From the NCBI RefSeq assembly GCF_006345805.1, contig NC_043004.1, positions 64,108,001 to 64,172,000 of the forward strand: a stretch of 64,000 nucleotides of DNA, given 5' to 3'. The position numbers and the translations under genes are program-made. Origin of the DNA: Octopus sinensis (taxonomy: Eukaryota). This document shows positions 1 to 12,884 of this stretch, piece after piece; within the stretch, counting starts at the first letter, position 1, and each line of letters begins with the position of its first letter. The notes below the pieces were generated by a model, which saw only the letters and a list, made by a program, of their open reading frames with translations, searched no databases and was not told the origin of the DNA.

Positions 1-7
1 TATTAAA

Positions 8-765
8 ATGACACCAAAAGGAATAGAATTCTCTGAAGATTTGAAGAGAATTATTTTCAAATTGCACAAGAATGGTTTAGGATGCAAGTTAATTACCAAA
101 TGAATACATATTAGCGTAAACAAAGTTGCCAAGGTAATTCAGAAGTACAAAGCTGCTGGATGGTTAAGCAATTAACATCGTTCAGGTCGCCCTTCTATTT
201 TAACTGCGCATGATATTCGCCACATCCAACGTTGCGTGATGGATGACGGGCGTCGTACCGCTTCATCTTTGTCTCAAGAAGTGCCTTTTGTTAGTGGAAA
301 GCGTGTATCCTCCCAAACAGTTCGCCGAAGTTTCAACCAGAGTGGCATAAATCAAGTTGTCTTTCTTTTGCCGATACTTATTTGAGTAAGAGGAAGGAGT
401 TTGGGAATAAAATTCTCTATTCTGACGAAACTAAAGACAACTTGTTTGGGTTCCATGGTATTGAATGAGTATGGCAACGACTAGATGAAGATAAAAGCGA
501 GAAATGTACCGTTTACCGTGAAACACGGCAGCGGAAGTGTTATCCCTTGGGGATACATCAGTGTAGCTGGTGTGTATGTGTATGGTGGTGGGCTCACATT
601 TTTTGAGAGAAGATGGATTCAAGGCTTTATTATGACATTTTGCAGAAAACAATGTTAAAAAGCATCAAGGAACTAAGAAGACATTCCATGTTCGAATATG
701 ATAATGACGCTAGACACACTTCAAATATGGCGACTAAATTTTTATCAGATAAAACGGCAAAGGTC
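8..765 (+). pseudogene. Tc1-family transposase remnant, 3'-truncated
   Basis: Hand translation from ATG at 8 gives MTPKGIEFSEDLKRIIFKLHKNG, RSGRP, VSSQTVRR, SDETK, TVKHGSGSV and DNDARHTS (Tc1 FSDE / TVKHGGG / DNDPKH motifs), with stops and frameshifts. Confidence 0.9.
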
Positions 766-876
766 CCCTGCATTCCGTAAAGCTATTCTTCTATATGATA
801 TAGCTATCTTTCTACCTTCATTCACGTTCAAACTTAATCTTTCAATTCTCCTTCTTCAATTATTACATGTTTTTTA

Positions 877-1000
877 AGAACCATACTTTCACATGGCCAA
901 CCTTATGTAGAAGCATCAGGTGTGGGACTAAAAGCAAATCTTTTTGTTTATGCACCGTGAAATAAAACAAAAAACATTGTTTATAAAGAAATATTCACTC
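877..1000 (+). pseudogene. Helitron Rep/helicase C-terminal remnant, copy 1
   Basis: Translates as LSHGQPYVEASGVG..NLFVYAP*NKTKNIVYKEIF, matching the PIF1-like helicase end (SHGQLYVAxSRV..TKNIVY). Confidence 0.75.
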
Positions 1001-1292
1001 TTACTGCAACATGAATACTTCAATTACTTAATTTGTCATTACTATCATCACATTCAAGAGTGACTAAATTACGTATTTAAATGAGCTGCATTATATAATT
1101 GCCATTACTGTATTGACAAATAAAATAACACATACAACTCATTATTATTGTCATATAATAAACAAACAGATGTTCGTGTATAAAAATCCATCTCATTTCT
1201 AATTCAATTATTACATGTTTTTCTCTTATAAAATACACATATACAGGAGGAATGAATCTAAATCTGTAATGGTAGTCTCACCCTGATTCAGA

Positions 1293-1410
1293 TTCGAAAC
1301 TTTATGTTGGAGCATCACGGGTGGGAGTAAAAGAAAATCTTTTTGCTTATGCACCCCGAAATAATAAAAAAGAACATTGTTTATAAAGAAATATTCACTC
1401 TTAACGCAAC
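1293..1410 (+). pseudogene. Helitron helicase C-terminal remnant, copy 2 (local duplication)
   Basis: KLYVGASRVGVKENLFAYAP; diverged direct repeat of about 900-1020. Confidence 0.7.
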
Positions 1411-1480
1411 ATGAATACTCCAATAACTATTACTATCATTACACTCAAGAATGAAATCGATCTTTCTTCTACTTCAATTA

Positions 1481-2667
1481 TTGGGTTGGCAACTAAGTTC
1501 CCGCCTTTTTTTTTTAATTTTGGAATTCATTGCGCTTTTAAATTTTGGAATTTATTTTTTCGAGAATTCTATTTTTGAATAATTTTGGAATATATTTTGT
1601 TTTGTTTTTTTTCTCATTAATTGTAGTTAATTTTTGTTTATTTCAGATCATTAAAATGGAAGGTAAAGTTAAGAAAATCGAGCATTTTCGACACCTTCTT
1701 TTTGCTTTCAATCACGGTTCTAAGGTCGCAAAAGCTGCTCTCGACATTTATGCTGTGTATGGAGAGGGTGCCATACTGAAAGGACCGCTTGTGATTGGTA
1801 TGCCAAGTTCAAAAATGGAAATTTTGACCTCAAAGACGCACCTCGTTCTGGCCGGCTAGTTGAGTTCGATGAAGAGCGATTAAACCAACTTTTGCACGAA
1901 AATTCCCGTCAAACGACAATGGAAATGGCAGAGAAAATGGAATGCTCCCACACTGCTGGTTTGCTTGCTCGTCACCGCTCAGCTCATGGACACAAGCAAC
2001 GATTTCTTTACCGAATCATTACTGGCGACAAAAAATAGTACCTATACATCAATATGAAGCAGCGTAGGGAATGGCTTAGCCCCAGTAAACAAGCGGCACC
2101 GCGGGTGAAACAAAATCTTCATCAGCGTAAAATAATGTTGTGCGTATAGTGGGACTGGGAAAGGATTATCCATTACAAATTGCTTGAACAGAACCAAACG
2201 GTCAACGTGGAACTCTATGTTTAACGGATGGAATGACTCAACACGGCTCTTCTAGAGAAAAGACCTAATCGGCAGCATGGAGTTTTTCTGTTGCACGACA
2301 ACGCCTGCCCTCATATCACCAATAAGAGCAAGGAAGTCATTCAAACGCATGGCTGTGAAGTGCTGTCACACCCACCGTACTCTCCTGATTTGGCATCAAC
2401 GGATTTCCACCTCTTTCGATCTCTTTCAAATGCTATGCGCGGAGTTTCGTTCAATACTGATGCAGAATTGAGAGATTGGTTGGATCAATTTTTCGAGTCG
2501 AAATCGGGTGATTTCTACCAACGAGGTATTGAAAATCTTGTTGAACGTTGGGAAGAAGTTGTAAACAACAAGGGTGAATGCATTATTGATTAATTTGTTG
2601 TTATTTTTTATTAAACCTTTAAAAAATTTAAATTTAAAAAACGGCCGGAACTTAGATGCCAACTCAA
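1481..2667 (+). mobile_element. mariner (DD34D) transposon, defective
   Basis: TIRs ttgggttggcaactaagttcccgcc / ggccggaacttagatgccaactcaa with TA on the left. Transposase remnant 1656-2593 shows MEGKVKKIEHFRHLLFAFN, IITGD, HDNACPH and HPPYSPDLASTDFHLF. Confidence 0.93.
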
Positions 2668-3430
2668 TTTTACATGTTTTCTCTAATGTAAAATGCTCAG
2701 CTGTTATAGGTGTACAGGCTAAATAATTTAAAATATTTTGTTTTTTCTCACTATATTCCGCGTCTAAATACCAAAGAGATTCCCTTTTCTACACATTATG
2801 AACGATATCATGTAGTCACGAATCTCATCCTACATAGCGATAATTTGAAAGTGTTTTCAATCATGGCTTGTTGTAAATATGTGTACGTATATGTGTGTGT
2901 ATATGTGTTTGTGTGTTTGTTTGACGGGGTACTAGTAGTAGTTTTAATGTTGGATACTATACCTAACTGTATTTGTTCCAATTCGTTGCTCTATGAGTTC
3001 AAACATCTGAGACACCAACTTTTCCTCTGCAAACGCTGCAAACCAAAGAATAGGATTAACAGAAGTTTTAGAACGTCGGCAGAATATATTGGTGCCTGAT
3101 AACAGCACCTGAGACTTCACTCATTGGAAGCTATATCAACCTATGTCGTCTGACTTCATTTTGAGTAAACATCGATAGTATGTGGTGAAACCATAATAAA
3201 GTGTTGGAATTGTATGGAACAGATATGGCATTTTAGTTTCTGCCAAAATACCAAGAAGTATCTACACGATCATTTGGCTAAATTCTGCACATATCGCAAC
3301 CTCCTGTCTTAAAAAATATTGAATGTGAATTGCTCAATGTAGCCACTGAAATAAAAGACAAAACATCCAAGTAGTATAGTTTTGGCGTAGGTCTGCTTAT
3401 TGAATTTTAGCCTTTTCCCAAATAAAAATT

Positions 3431-4326
3431 AAATCTATTGCATCTCAATCACAGATTAAATTTTTTTTTTTTAACTAAACAGTTTGAAACTTCGAATACT
3501 GGTGGAATTTCTCACGTGGAAAACGGTTTACTCTGAACATTTTTGAAGTTATTTCGTTTTAAAGTAGTCGTTTTGGGGTATGTTAAACCAATCAACGAGG
3601 TGTATTCGGTTGAAGAAAGCTACTGGTATTTACGATAGTAATCGAAGAAGAACAACGTCCGGGTCATCTCAACTAAATGTCACCACGAGTTCGCAGCTAA
3701 TCTTTTTGTTTTTGACGTATATGTAGTTTCAAAATGCCTTATCTTGCAACTATGAGATGCATTGTTATTGTCATGATTTTTATCTTACTATAATCAACAA
3801 CAAACACATTTCGTCAATACAAAATTTTATTAAATAAAAGTTAAGATTATTAAAACATGAAGGTAAAACAAAACAAATAGCGGCTTCTACGCCGGAAAAT
3901 ACGGTAATTGTAGTGGCAGTGACAAGTTCGCTCGCAGGTTGCTAGTTGATAGTGTAGAAAGGAAGGAAAGAGTAAGGAATGCACGGTGATGACTAGAAAG
4001 GAAGAAAGGATAAAGGTGGCATCGTCTTCGCTCGCCATACGAATAGGGCAGAGTGGTGACTTTAGTAGAAATAACCCGGAAGTTGTTCCTCTTCGATTAC
4101 TATCGCAAACTGCATTTGCTTTCTATAGCTGAATACACGTCGTTGATTGGTTGAAATTACCCAAATACAACTTTAAAACGAAATAACATCTGAAATACGA
4201 AATTTTGTTCAAAATGATCAGAGTAAGCCGTGTTCTACGTGAGAAATTCTACCAGTATTCGAAATTTCAAACTGTTTAGTTACAAAAATAATTAATTAAA
4301 AAATCTGGTTTAGATGGAATAGATTT
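3431..4326. mobile_element. Foldback/MITE-like element with ~260-bp imperfect terminal inverted repeats
   Basis: 3431-~3690 is the reverse complement of ~4052-4326 (e.g. aaacagtttgaaacttcgaatactggt / accagtattcgaaatttcaaactgttt). No TSD resolved. Confidence 0.75.
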
Positions 4327-5579
4327 CAAAACTTTACATATAGAGCAACACATGTTGAAAACTACGTATTTAGACTCACGTTCAATAGTTACGACTTAGG
4401 AAACATTGAGGAGATGAGAATAATATTACAGAAATGATAAAGCCGCTTATTTACGAAAATAATGTCTATTTGCAGAGTACTATTGCAATAAAATGCATAC
4501 GTTAAATCTTCCGAGATTTTTAAGAATCTAAGTGTTAGTACATTAAAAATTTTAAACAATAAATATATAAAGTCTTAGCTGCCATTTCTTAAGGACTAGC
4601 ACAACTACAACCACTCCATCCATCAAACAACATCATAACCAATATTATAATTACGACAAACTACTACAGTTCTTAATTCGTGTGTGTGTGCGTGTGCGCG
4701 CGCATGTAATTACGGTTCTATATAGCGATTCATTGGCGTTCATTTTTCTATTATTTTACAAGCCCAGTCATCAACTCACCTATCCCTCTTTCTTTTTCTT
4801 TCTTTCTTTCTTTCATATCCCTGTCACTTCATCCCATGTTTTTCCTCCTCCAACTTTCTTCAATTTTCTCTGTTATATACTCTTCCCTGACAGACATCAA
4901 CCAAAAGACTAACACACACACACGCACACACAAATACAACATATACAAGTATATATGCGTGTGTGTGGGTGCGTGTGTGTGTGTGTGCGTGTGTGTGTGT
5001 GTGTGTGTGTTTAAGATCCGTTTCGTGCGTAGAAAATATCCAACCACACACGCAATCTTCTGTTTCCTTTGAATAATTATTGTATTCTGTCAAGAGGTTG
5101 CTGGCACAATGCTCAACTCTCCTTGAATCTTCTGTGAGAAAAGGAACATAACAATTGATCCTCCACGATAGTGTAGTTGATTTTGAGAAAGAGAGAAGTA
5201 AAAACCCCAACAAATTTATTTGTAGCCCCTTTAACTACAATGGAAGGATATGAAATATGCAAAGTTTACTTAGGTGGAATTTGAACTCAGAGTTCAAATA
5301 TTCGGAAATCAGAGCGCAAAACTCCCACACTCAAACGACTCCGTTATTATTTTTGTTGTTAGAGCCTATTTCAAAAATTTTTGGTTTTGTTTTTTAGTGA
5401 CGGCATCGATAGTGCTGGAAAAGCATGACTCATCATATCATGCTGGTATTGCAATTTTATTTTAGCCCCTTGTGGGTAATAAAGAAATAGGTATTACAAT
5501 TTTATGTTGATAATTTGAACAAAAATAAACCAAGAGAAAAAACTCAGCGGCCTGTATTTGGACAGCATTAACAAATACA

Positions 5580-5810
5580 TATTTCTTTACTACCCACAAG
5601 GGGATAAACACAGAGGGGACAACTAAGGACAGACAAACGGATTAAGTCGATTATATCGACCCCAGTGCCCAACTGGTACTTATTTAATCGACCCCGAAAG
5701 GATGAAAGGCAAAGTGGACGTCGGCGGAATTTGAACTCAGAACGTAACGGCAGACGAAATACGGCTACGCATTTCACCCGGCGTGCTAACGTTTCTGCCA
5801 GCTCGTCGCC
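5580..5810 (-). mobile_element. tRNA-derived SINE, family B, full length
   Basis: Head ggcgacgagctggcagaaacg with B-box-like gaGTTCAAATTCC; 11-bp TSD taacaaataca at 5569-5579 and 5811-5821. Homologous copies at 20909, 43585 and 58918. Confidence 0.88.
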
Positions 5811-6904
5811 TAACAAATACAAGCATATCAAATACCTTACAACATAAATTCTTGATTTATTAACAGTTTCCCCGTTTCTAAACAGTATGTTATAATTACC
5901 AACTTCAAATAACATGACCATATGCGAATGGGAGAAAACCTCAAGAATTCTGCGAAGTTGACATGTCATTAAGATAAAGTCAGAGTTATTGACTGGAGAT
6001 AAACGACAAACGTGGACAAGTGTTTCTGGCTTGATAGTCGTCAGCACGACAATTGTTCAACTTTATCTGTTATAGCCAAACGATTTCAACTAATACAAAA
6101 CGGTGTTGAACACACTTATAGGTACTTTGCATAATTCAAACAAAAATGTTCTAAGAAAAATAACTCAGAGGACCAGTGACATGTATTTGAGCAACATAAC
6201 AATTGCACTTATATCAACTTCTATGCAAAATTATCTCTACCACAAGAGAATGTGTCATAATTAACAAATGACCACGGAGACCAGTGCTAATTAACAAATG
6301 ACCACGGAGACCAGTGCTATATAAGAAGGGCAGAGAATCTCAAGAATCAGGAATTCTGCGAGTCGATTAATGGAAATAGTAGGAAATTATCTGGAAAAAG
6401 GAAATCGTTGGGAGATAAGAGGAGATTATTCTGACAAGGTGTCTGCATCAATAGGTGTCATTGCCATGACAGTTGTCAACATCATGTCCAGTAGCAAGGG
6501 ACTTATCTCCAGTAGCAAGTAACTGCAACTTAGTGTGTGTGTGGTTGGTTCAGTCCGGGGCTGCTTTCTCAAATCATAAGCCCGATTCTAATGCCAAAAC
6601 AGAAAAAAAAACATTATTATACAAGCTAAATAAGGAATATTTATAGGCCATTTGATCTGCTAGACAAAACCTACTGTTCTAAAAAACACAAAAAAAGGAC
6701 CTAAGCTTGCTAAGCGGCCCTTTGCAAGAATACATGAACTGGGTTGTGATACGTTTCTGATGAATTCAAATGCATGCATTGTCCCGAATATACAGAGATA
6801 TCCCCTAAGCCACCTACCTATGATACTGCAGAATATCGAGGTAAGGTGAGAGAGAGAAAGGAAGAGAGGGAGAGAGAGAGAGAGAAAGAAAGAGGGAGAT
6901 AGTA

Positions 6905-7020
6905 CTCAATTTCAGTTAATTAGACTGAAGCAACGTAAACTGATGTCTTCCTGAAGGATACAATGCGCTACCGGTTCCAGGAATCGAATCTAGGAACTTA
7001 TGATCGCAAGTTTAACACTT
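6905..7020 (-). mobile_element. SINE family C fragment
   Basis: Degenerate match to the 58690-58890 copy (aggaatcgaa..ttatgatcg). Confidence 0.5.
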
Positions 7021-7487
7021 GATGTCTTTCATCATAAGTTTGCTCAAATGGGACAATCGTATGGTTAAATAAAAAGCAAAAACATTGATGCATATATAGG
7101 TGAGTGTGTGTGTGTGTGTATACATATATGTATATACGTGTGTATGTGTGTACTTATATATGTGTGGGTGGGTGTGTATGTATATATACATATATAGTTG
7201 TAACTATATTTTGTATTTTTACTTACTATTATTGATATTTTTTATTTTTATCTTCCTTTTACGTCGACCAGTGATATTGTTTGCGTCTATTGTAAAAATA
7301 ACTATCGAGATAAGGTAACAAGTTCAATGAGGTTATCGGAGTAGAAAACTTAACTGAGAATTCCATTGTCCTATGGTCTACACACATATATACGCACGTG
7401 CATACATACGCGCGCAAACACACACACACACACACACACACATACACACATATACACTCATACATATGTTTGTATGAATACACACAT

Positions 7488-7519
<32 letters not shown>

Positions 7520-7534
7520 GAACTCAACGCTTTT

Positions 7535-7690
7535 TTCTCATTGTCTCTCTATTTATTTCCTCGTATTCCTTTCTGTTGAAGAGCGTGGGCTCGAAATGTA
7601 AAAGATTTTTGCATTTTTCCCAACCGTCAAACTAATACACTTGCTTGCTATTCCTACACCTGTCTTTGTTTTTCTATAAATTTCAACTAT
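7535..7690 (+). mobile_element. PLE-type terminal fragment with minimal HHR-like motif
   Basis: cttt-CTGTTGA-a-gagc gtgg gctc-GAAAT-GTA-aaag at 7569-7604. Related copies lie on the minus strand at ~43345-43480 and ~54955-55085. Confidence 0.55.
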
Positions 7691-9094
7691 ATATATATAT
7701 ATATATATAATATATATATATATAGTACACTCTAACAAATATATTGATTTGTAATTATTGATTTGATTCAGGTTCGGCTTTATTCGTGGTTGTATATATG
7801 TGGGTAGCGTCTTACTACCTGTACCCTTAGGTATCCACAAGCTTTCAATAACCTTTCAAGTGCTTACAACTCTCCTGATAATCTTTCCTGTCTCTAAGAG
7901 ACAAACTTTCTGTAGAAACTCTTTTGGTCATTTTATTCCAGTTTCCTTCAACCATTTGTCTATATCTTTGCTTCGAGTTTCCAATCCACCAATTCTTATT
8001 ATTTATTATTACTGAATTTCAGCCCTTGTGTCTTTCGTGGAAAGCATTATTATTATTATTATTGTTGCTATTGTTGTTGCTGCTGATGTTGTTGTTTTTA
8101 TTATTATTTTCAATGTTGTTGTTGTAGTCGTCGTTGTTGTTGTTGTTATTAATCTATAGAAGTGACTCAAGGGCTAAGAGTTTCAGGCATGGCAATTACC
8201 AAACTTTGATAAGTGCGATGCACGAAACTCTCGGCTCTTGAAAAGTAAGAGAGAAAAGCTTTCAACTTTGATTCTGAACCTGACATAAAAAATATGTCTA
8301 TTAGCATTAAATGTTTCACAAGGGTTTGGCCAAAAATTGGGAGTATAAAAGAGACAGCTGTAAAATACTGTTCCAGTGAGAAATATATTTTACTGTCTCT
8401 TGCTAAAACTGCTTCTTAGTGCCACTACAGATAAACCTAGACAATTTTGCCTAATATCAGTAATTACATACAAGGTTGTTTCCCGAGTAACTTCCACTGG
8501 AACACACATCATCAAACAAAGAGTATCAATGCCAATTTTAGAACAAAGGCTATCTTACCACAAGGTCGGATTACTTAATCTCCTCCTACATGAGGAGATT
8601 AACTGCATTTTATTCAGCTTGAGGATTCAGATTCACGTGAGAAGCACCGTCTTTTTAGACACGTTTTGCCCTGATCCTGAAATTTAAAGTATTATTCCAC
8701 GGAAAGAATAGCTATGCCAGACGATTCAATCTTTGAAGTCTGAACCCATCTTGGAGCTTCGAATTACAATTGCTGAGTACCAGAGGCTGCCTGAAGAACG
8801 AGCCAAAGCCAAACATCAATCTCATTGCTGTTGCCGTGAACAGAAAATCACATGGCAAAAGATCAATATTCTGAAGTGCAAAGACAACACTGTCAAAGAA
8901 ATATGAATTAGACACATTGACTCTCTGATGTGTATTATTCTGTTCTTTGTTAATATTGAAGATGAATATCATTTCGCAATATCTCAAGCCTAATCAGATA
9001 CTTCAAAATATGTATAATGCATCAATTTTTATGTGTCCTGTCACTTATAAGTTTGAAAGGACTTCTTCAACCAATGTGCTGCAAAGTATGTATG

Positions 9095-9126
<32 letters not shown>

Positions 9127-9137
9127 TATATATATAT

Positions 9138-9512
9138 TACTCTTTTTTACTCTTTTACTTGTTTCAGTCATTTGACTGCGGCCATGCTGGAGCACCCCCT
9201 TTAGTCGAGCCCAGTACTTATTTTATCGGTCTCTTTTACCGAACCGCTCAGTGACGGGGACGTAAACACACCAGCATAGCAATGCTAGAGGGACAAACAC
9301 AGACACACAAACATATACACACACATACATATATATATATACACATATACGACAGGCTTCTTTCAGTTTCCGTCTACCAAATCCACTCACAAGGCATTGG
9401 TCGGCCCGAGGCTATAGAAGAAGACACTTGCCCAAGATGCCACGCAGTGGGACTGAACCCGGAACCATGTGGTTGGTAGGCAAGCTGCTTACCACACAGC
9501 CACCCCTGCGCC
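9138..9512 (-). mobile_element. tRNA-derived SINE, family A
   Basis: Head ggcgcagg..TGGCTGTGTGG (A box) and GGTTCAGTCC (B box); core ccttgtgagtggatttggtagacggaaactgaaagaagc; tail gtaaaagagtaaaa. More than ten copies in the window. Confidence 0.9.
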
Positions 9513-9546
9513 TATATATATATAATATATATATATATAGATAGAT

Positions 9547-9975
<429 letters not shown>

Positions 9976-10509
9976 TTAACCTCATGAACTTTCTAGTCTA
10001 TTACTCTCTGTCGACACCTTTAAACGTTTCGCTAACTTCTCCCAAGCGCATCGTTTCCTCTTTCGCTTCTTCTGAGTTAAAAATCCTTTTTATTCTTATA
10101 GCTTCTTGCTGCTCTCGAACTGCTGCTCTCTGGAAATCACTACCATCTTCTTGTCTTCCTCTAGTCTATGAGTGTCCTTTAAGCTTTCTGTCACTTAGCA
10201 TCTTTTATATTTGTAGGTCCCTTGCTATCCTCCTTCGTAGTCCTTTAGTTTCCGACAAAATCGTATAGAAAACAATCTGCTTCAGCTATGGCTCAAGTAT
10301 CACAATGACAACGAGTGATTTCAAGCGATAGGCTCAGCAGATGGGCCGCAGCATGGAAGTAAAGTATACAGGTAAAAATCTATAATGCAGCTTTCATCGT
10401 AAAGCGCATAGATATAAATGGCCACATACTTCAGAAATATAACCATCTTTATGTCAATCTTCGAAATCTATCTAGTAACAGAAATTTCGAAGACGTTTTA
10501 TAAATGTTG

Positions 10510-10670
10510 AGACACAAGTAGCATATGTCAGTGTCAGTGAACCTAAACTCACAGAGGAGAAGAGTTAGTCTATTCTATTTTCGAAAGGGTTCAACAAAAA
10601 ATGATAAACATAAATTTGCTTCCTTGATGCTCATGGTGGAACTGGTAAGACATTTCCGATAGGTTAGCGC
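10510..10670 (+). pseudogene. Helitron helicase Walker A remnant
   Basis: 10620-10661 translates as FLDAHGGTGKTFPI (consensus FLDAPGGTGKTF); upstream sequence is frameshifted. Confidence 0.7.
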
Positions 10671-11330
10671 TTACTACAGTTCGTCAGCATATAGGAAACG
10701 AGAGAGTGAGACAGAAAGACAGACAGACCAGCAGAGAGAAAGACACGCACTAACTAGCGTAGCTTCAGCGAAACAGGAAGCATATATTGGCTGCTTGTGA
10801 TCAAACAAAGGAATGATTGAAACTGCATGATATTTTACAAAAGAGAAGCAAGGAGAGAGAAAAAGAGAAAGAAAGATTCAGAGAGGCAGAGAGAGAGAGA
10901 GACTAAGAGAGTGGGGAGGGATAAAAGATGGGTGGCAGAATAAAGGAGAGAGAGCCAAAAATAGATTATTTTGAAATAAATAAAAAAAAAGACAAAAATA
11001 GACAATGAAACACCGAAACACTTATAAAGACAGACAAAAGACAGAATATATACATAGGAAGATATGAGCAAACGTATATGCATGCATACATACATACACA
11101 CATACATACATACATGCATACATACGTAGGTATACAGAAAAATGTACGCAAACATACACACCGAAATATATATATATATATATAGATAGAAAAACAGACA
11201 CAATTCCCATAAGATATATATATATATATATATATATAATTATATAGATAGAAAAATATATAGATAAATAGACAAACAGACAGACAAACAGATAGAAAGA
11301 CAGGCAGATAGATAGATAGATAGATAGATT

Positions 11331-11402
<72 letters not shown>

Positions 11403-11593
11403 TAGATTCATATATATATATATATATATATAAACAAATCAAATTGCGATAAAATAAAAAAATAATTATAATCGCTGGTATTACTAACACAAGCCATATA
11501 TTTTTCATATATCAGTACATTAAGGCGAAATATGTGCTAGGAATACAGAAGCTTGATAAATTAAGTGAAATGAAGATAAAAACATTTACTAAA

Positions 11594-11689
11594 CCGGAAA
11601 ATTCTCAGACTGCAGTTTCTTTCTATTAGCAAACAAGATAATTTATTTGCCCAGGGAGAATTCATCAGTGAGACCCTGTTTTTCTGGGA
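11594..11689 (-). ncRNA. Type I hammerhead ribozyme, array copy 1
   Basis: UCUCA-CUGAUGA-[stem II]-GAAAC-UGCA-GUC|UGAGA; predicted cut between 11608 and 11607. Confidence 0.75.
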
Positions 11690-11996
11690 TCCTAACTCAC
11701 TAGAGAAGCATGTGCATCTAATGAGTTACTCTTCCTTCTAACTAATCATATCACTGCGCAGACTCCGAACGTCCCGACAACACTAGGGAATTCTGGTATA
11801 TCGCCTGGCGCTCATAATTTATCGAGAAATATGTAAACAAATCAAATTGCGATAAAATAAAAAAATAATTATAATCGCTGGTATTACTAACACAAGCCAT
11901 ATATTTTTCATATATCAGTACATTAAGGCGAAATATGTGCTAGGAATACAGAAGCTTGATAACTTAAGTGAAATGAAGATAAAAACATTTACTAAA

Positions 11997-12093
11997 CCGG
12001 AAAATTCTCAGACTGCAGTTTCTTTCTATTTAGCAAACAAGATAATTTATTTGCCCAGGGAGAATTCATCAGTGAGACCCTGTTTTTCTGGGA
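11997..12093 (-). ncRNA. Type I hammerhead ribozyme, array copy 2
   Basis: CUGAUGA at 12072-12066. Stem II UUCU/AGAA plus GCAAAUAA/UUGUUUGC; palindromic ACUGCAGU stem III; GUC cut between 12011 and 12010. Confidence 0.78.
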
Positions 12094-12394
12094 TCCTAAC
12101 TCACTAGAAGCATGTGCATCTAATGAGTTACTCTTCCTAACTAATCATATCACTGCGCAGACTCCGAACGTCCCGACAACACTAGGGAATTCTGGTATAT
12201 CGCCTGGCGCTCATAATTTATCGAGAAATATGTAAACAAATCAAATTGCGATAAAATAAAAAAATAATTATAATCGCTGGTATTACTAACACAAGCCATA
12301 TATTTTTCATATATCAGTACATTAAGGCGAAATATGTGCTAGGAATACAGAAGCTTGATAAATTAAGTGAAAGAAGATAAAAACATTTACTAAA

Positions 12395-12489
12395 CCGGAA
12401 AATTCTCAGACTGCAGTTTCTTTCTATTTAGCAAACAAGATATTTATTGCCCAGGGAGAATTCATCAGTGAGACCCTGTTTTTCTGGGA
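12395..12489 (-). ncRNA. Type I hammerhead ribozyme, array copy 3
   Basis: Same core; small deletions in the distal part of stem II. Confidence 0.72.
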
Positions 12490-12789
12490 TCCTAACTCAC
12501 TAGAAGCATGTGCATCAATATTACTCTTCCTAACTAATCATATCACTGCGCAGACTCCGAACGTCCCGCAAACACTAGGGAATTCTGGTATATCGCCTGG
12601 CCTCATAATATATCGAGAATATGTAAACAATCAAATTGCGATAAAAAAATAAAAAATAATTATAATCGCTGTATTACTAACACAAGCCATTATTTTTTCA
12701 TCATATATCAGTACATTAAGGCGAAATATGTGCTAGGAATACAGAAGCTTGATAATTAAGTGAAATAAGATTAAAAAACATTTACTAAA

Positions 12790-12884
12790 CCGGAAAATTC
12801 TCAGACTGCAGTTTCTTTCTATTTAGCAAACAGATAATTATTTGCCCAGGGAGAATTCATCAGTGAGACCCTGTTTTTCTGGGA
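12790..12884 (-). ncRNA. Type I hammerhead ribozyme, array copy 4
   Basis: Same core; CUGAUGA at 12863-12857, cut between 12804 and 12803. Confidence 0.72.

Noticed and set aside
6258-6319. Exact 30-bp tandem duplication inside a possible LTR-like region (~5880-6500)
   Set aside because: No TG..CA ends, PBS or TSD could be established.
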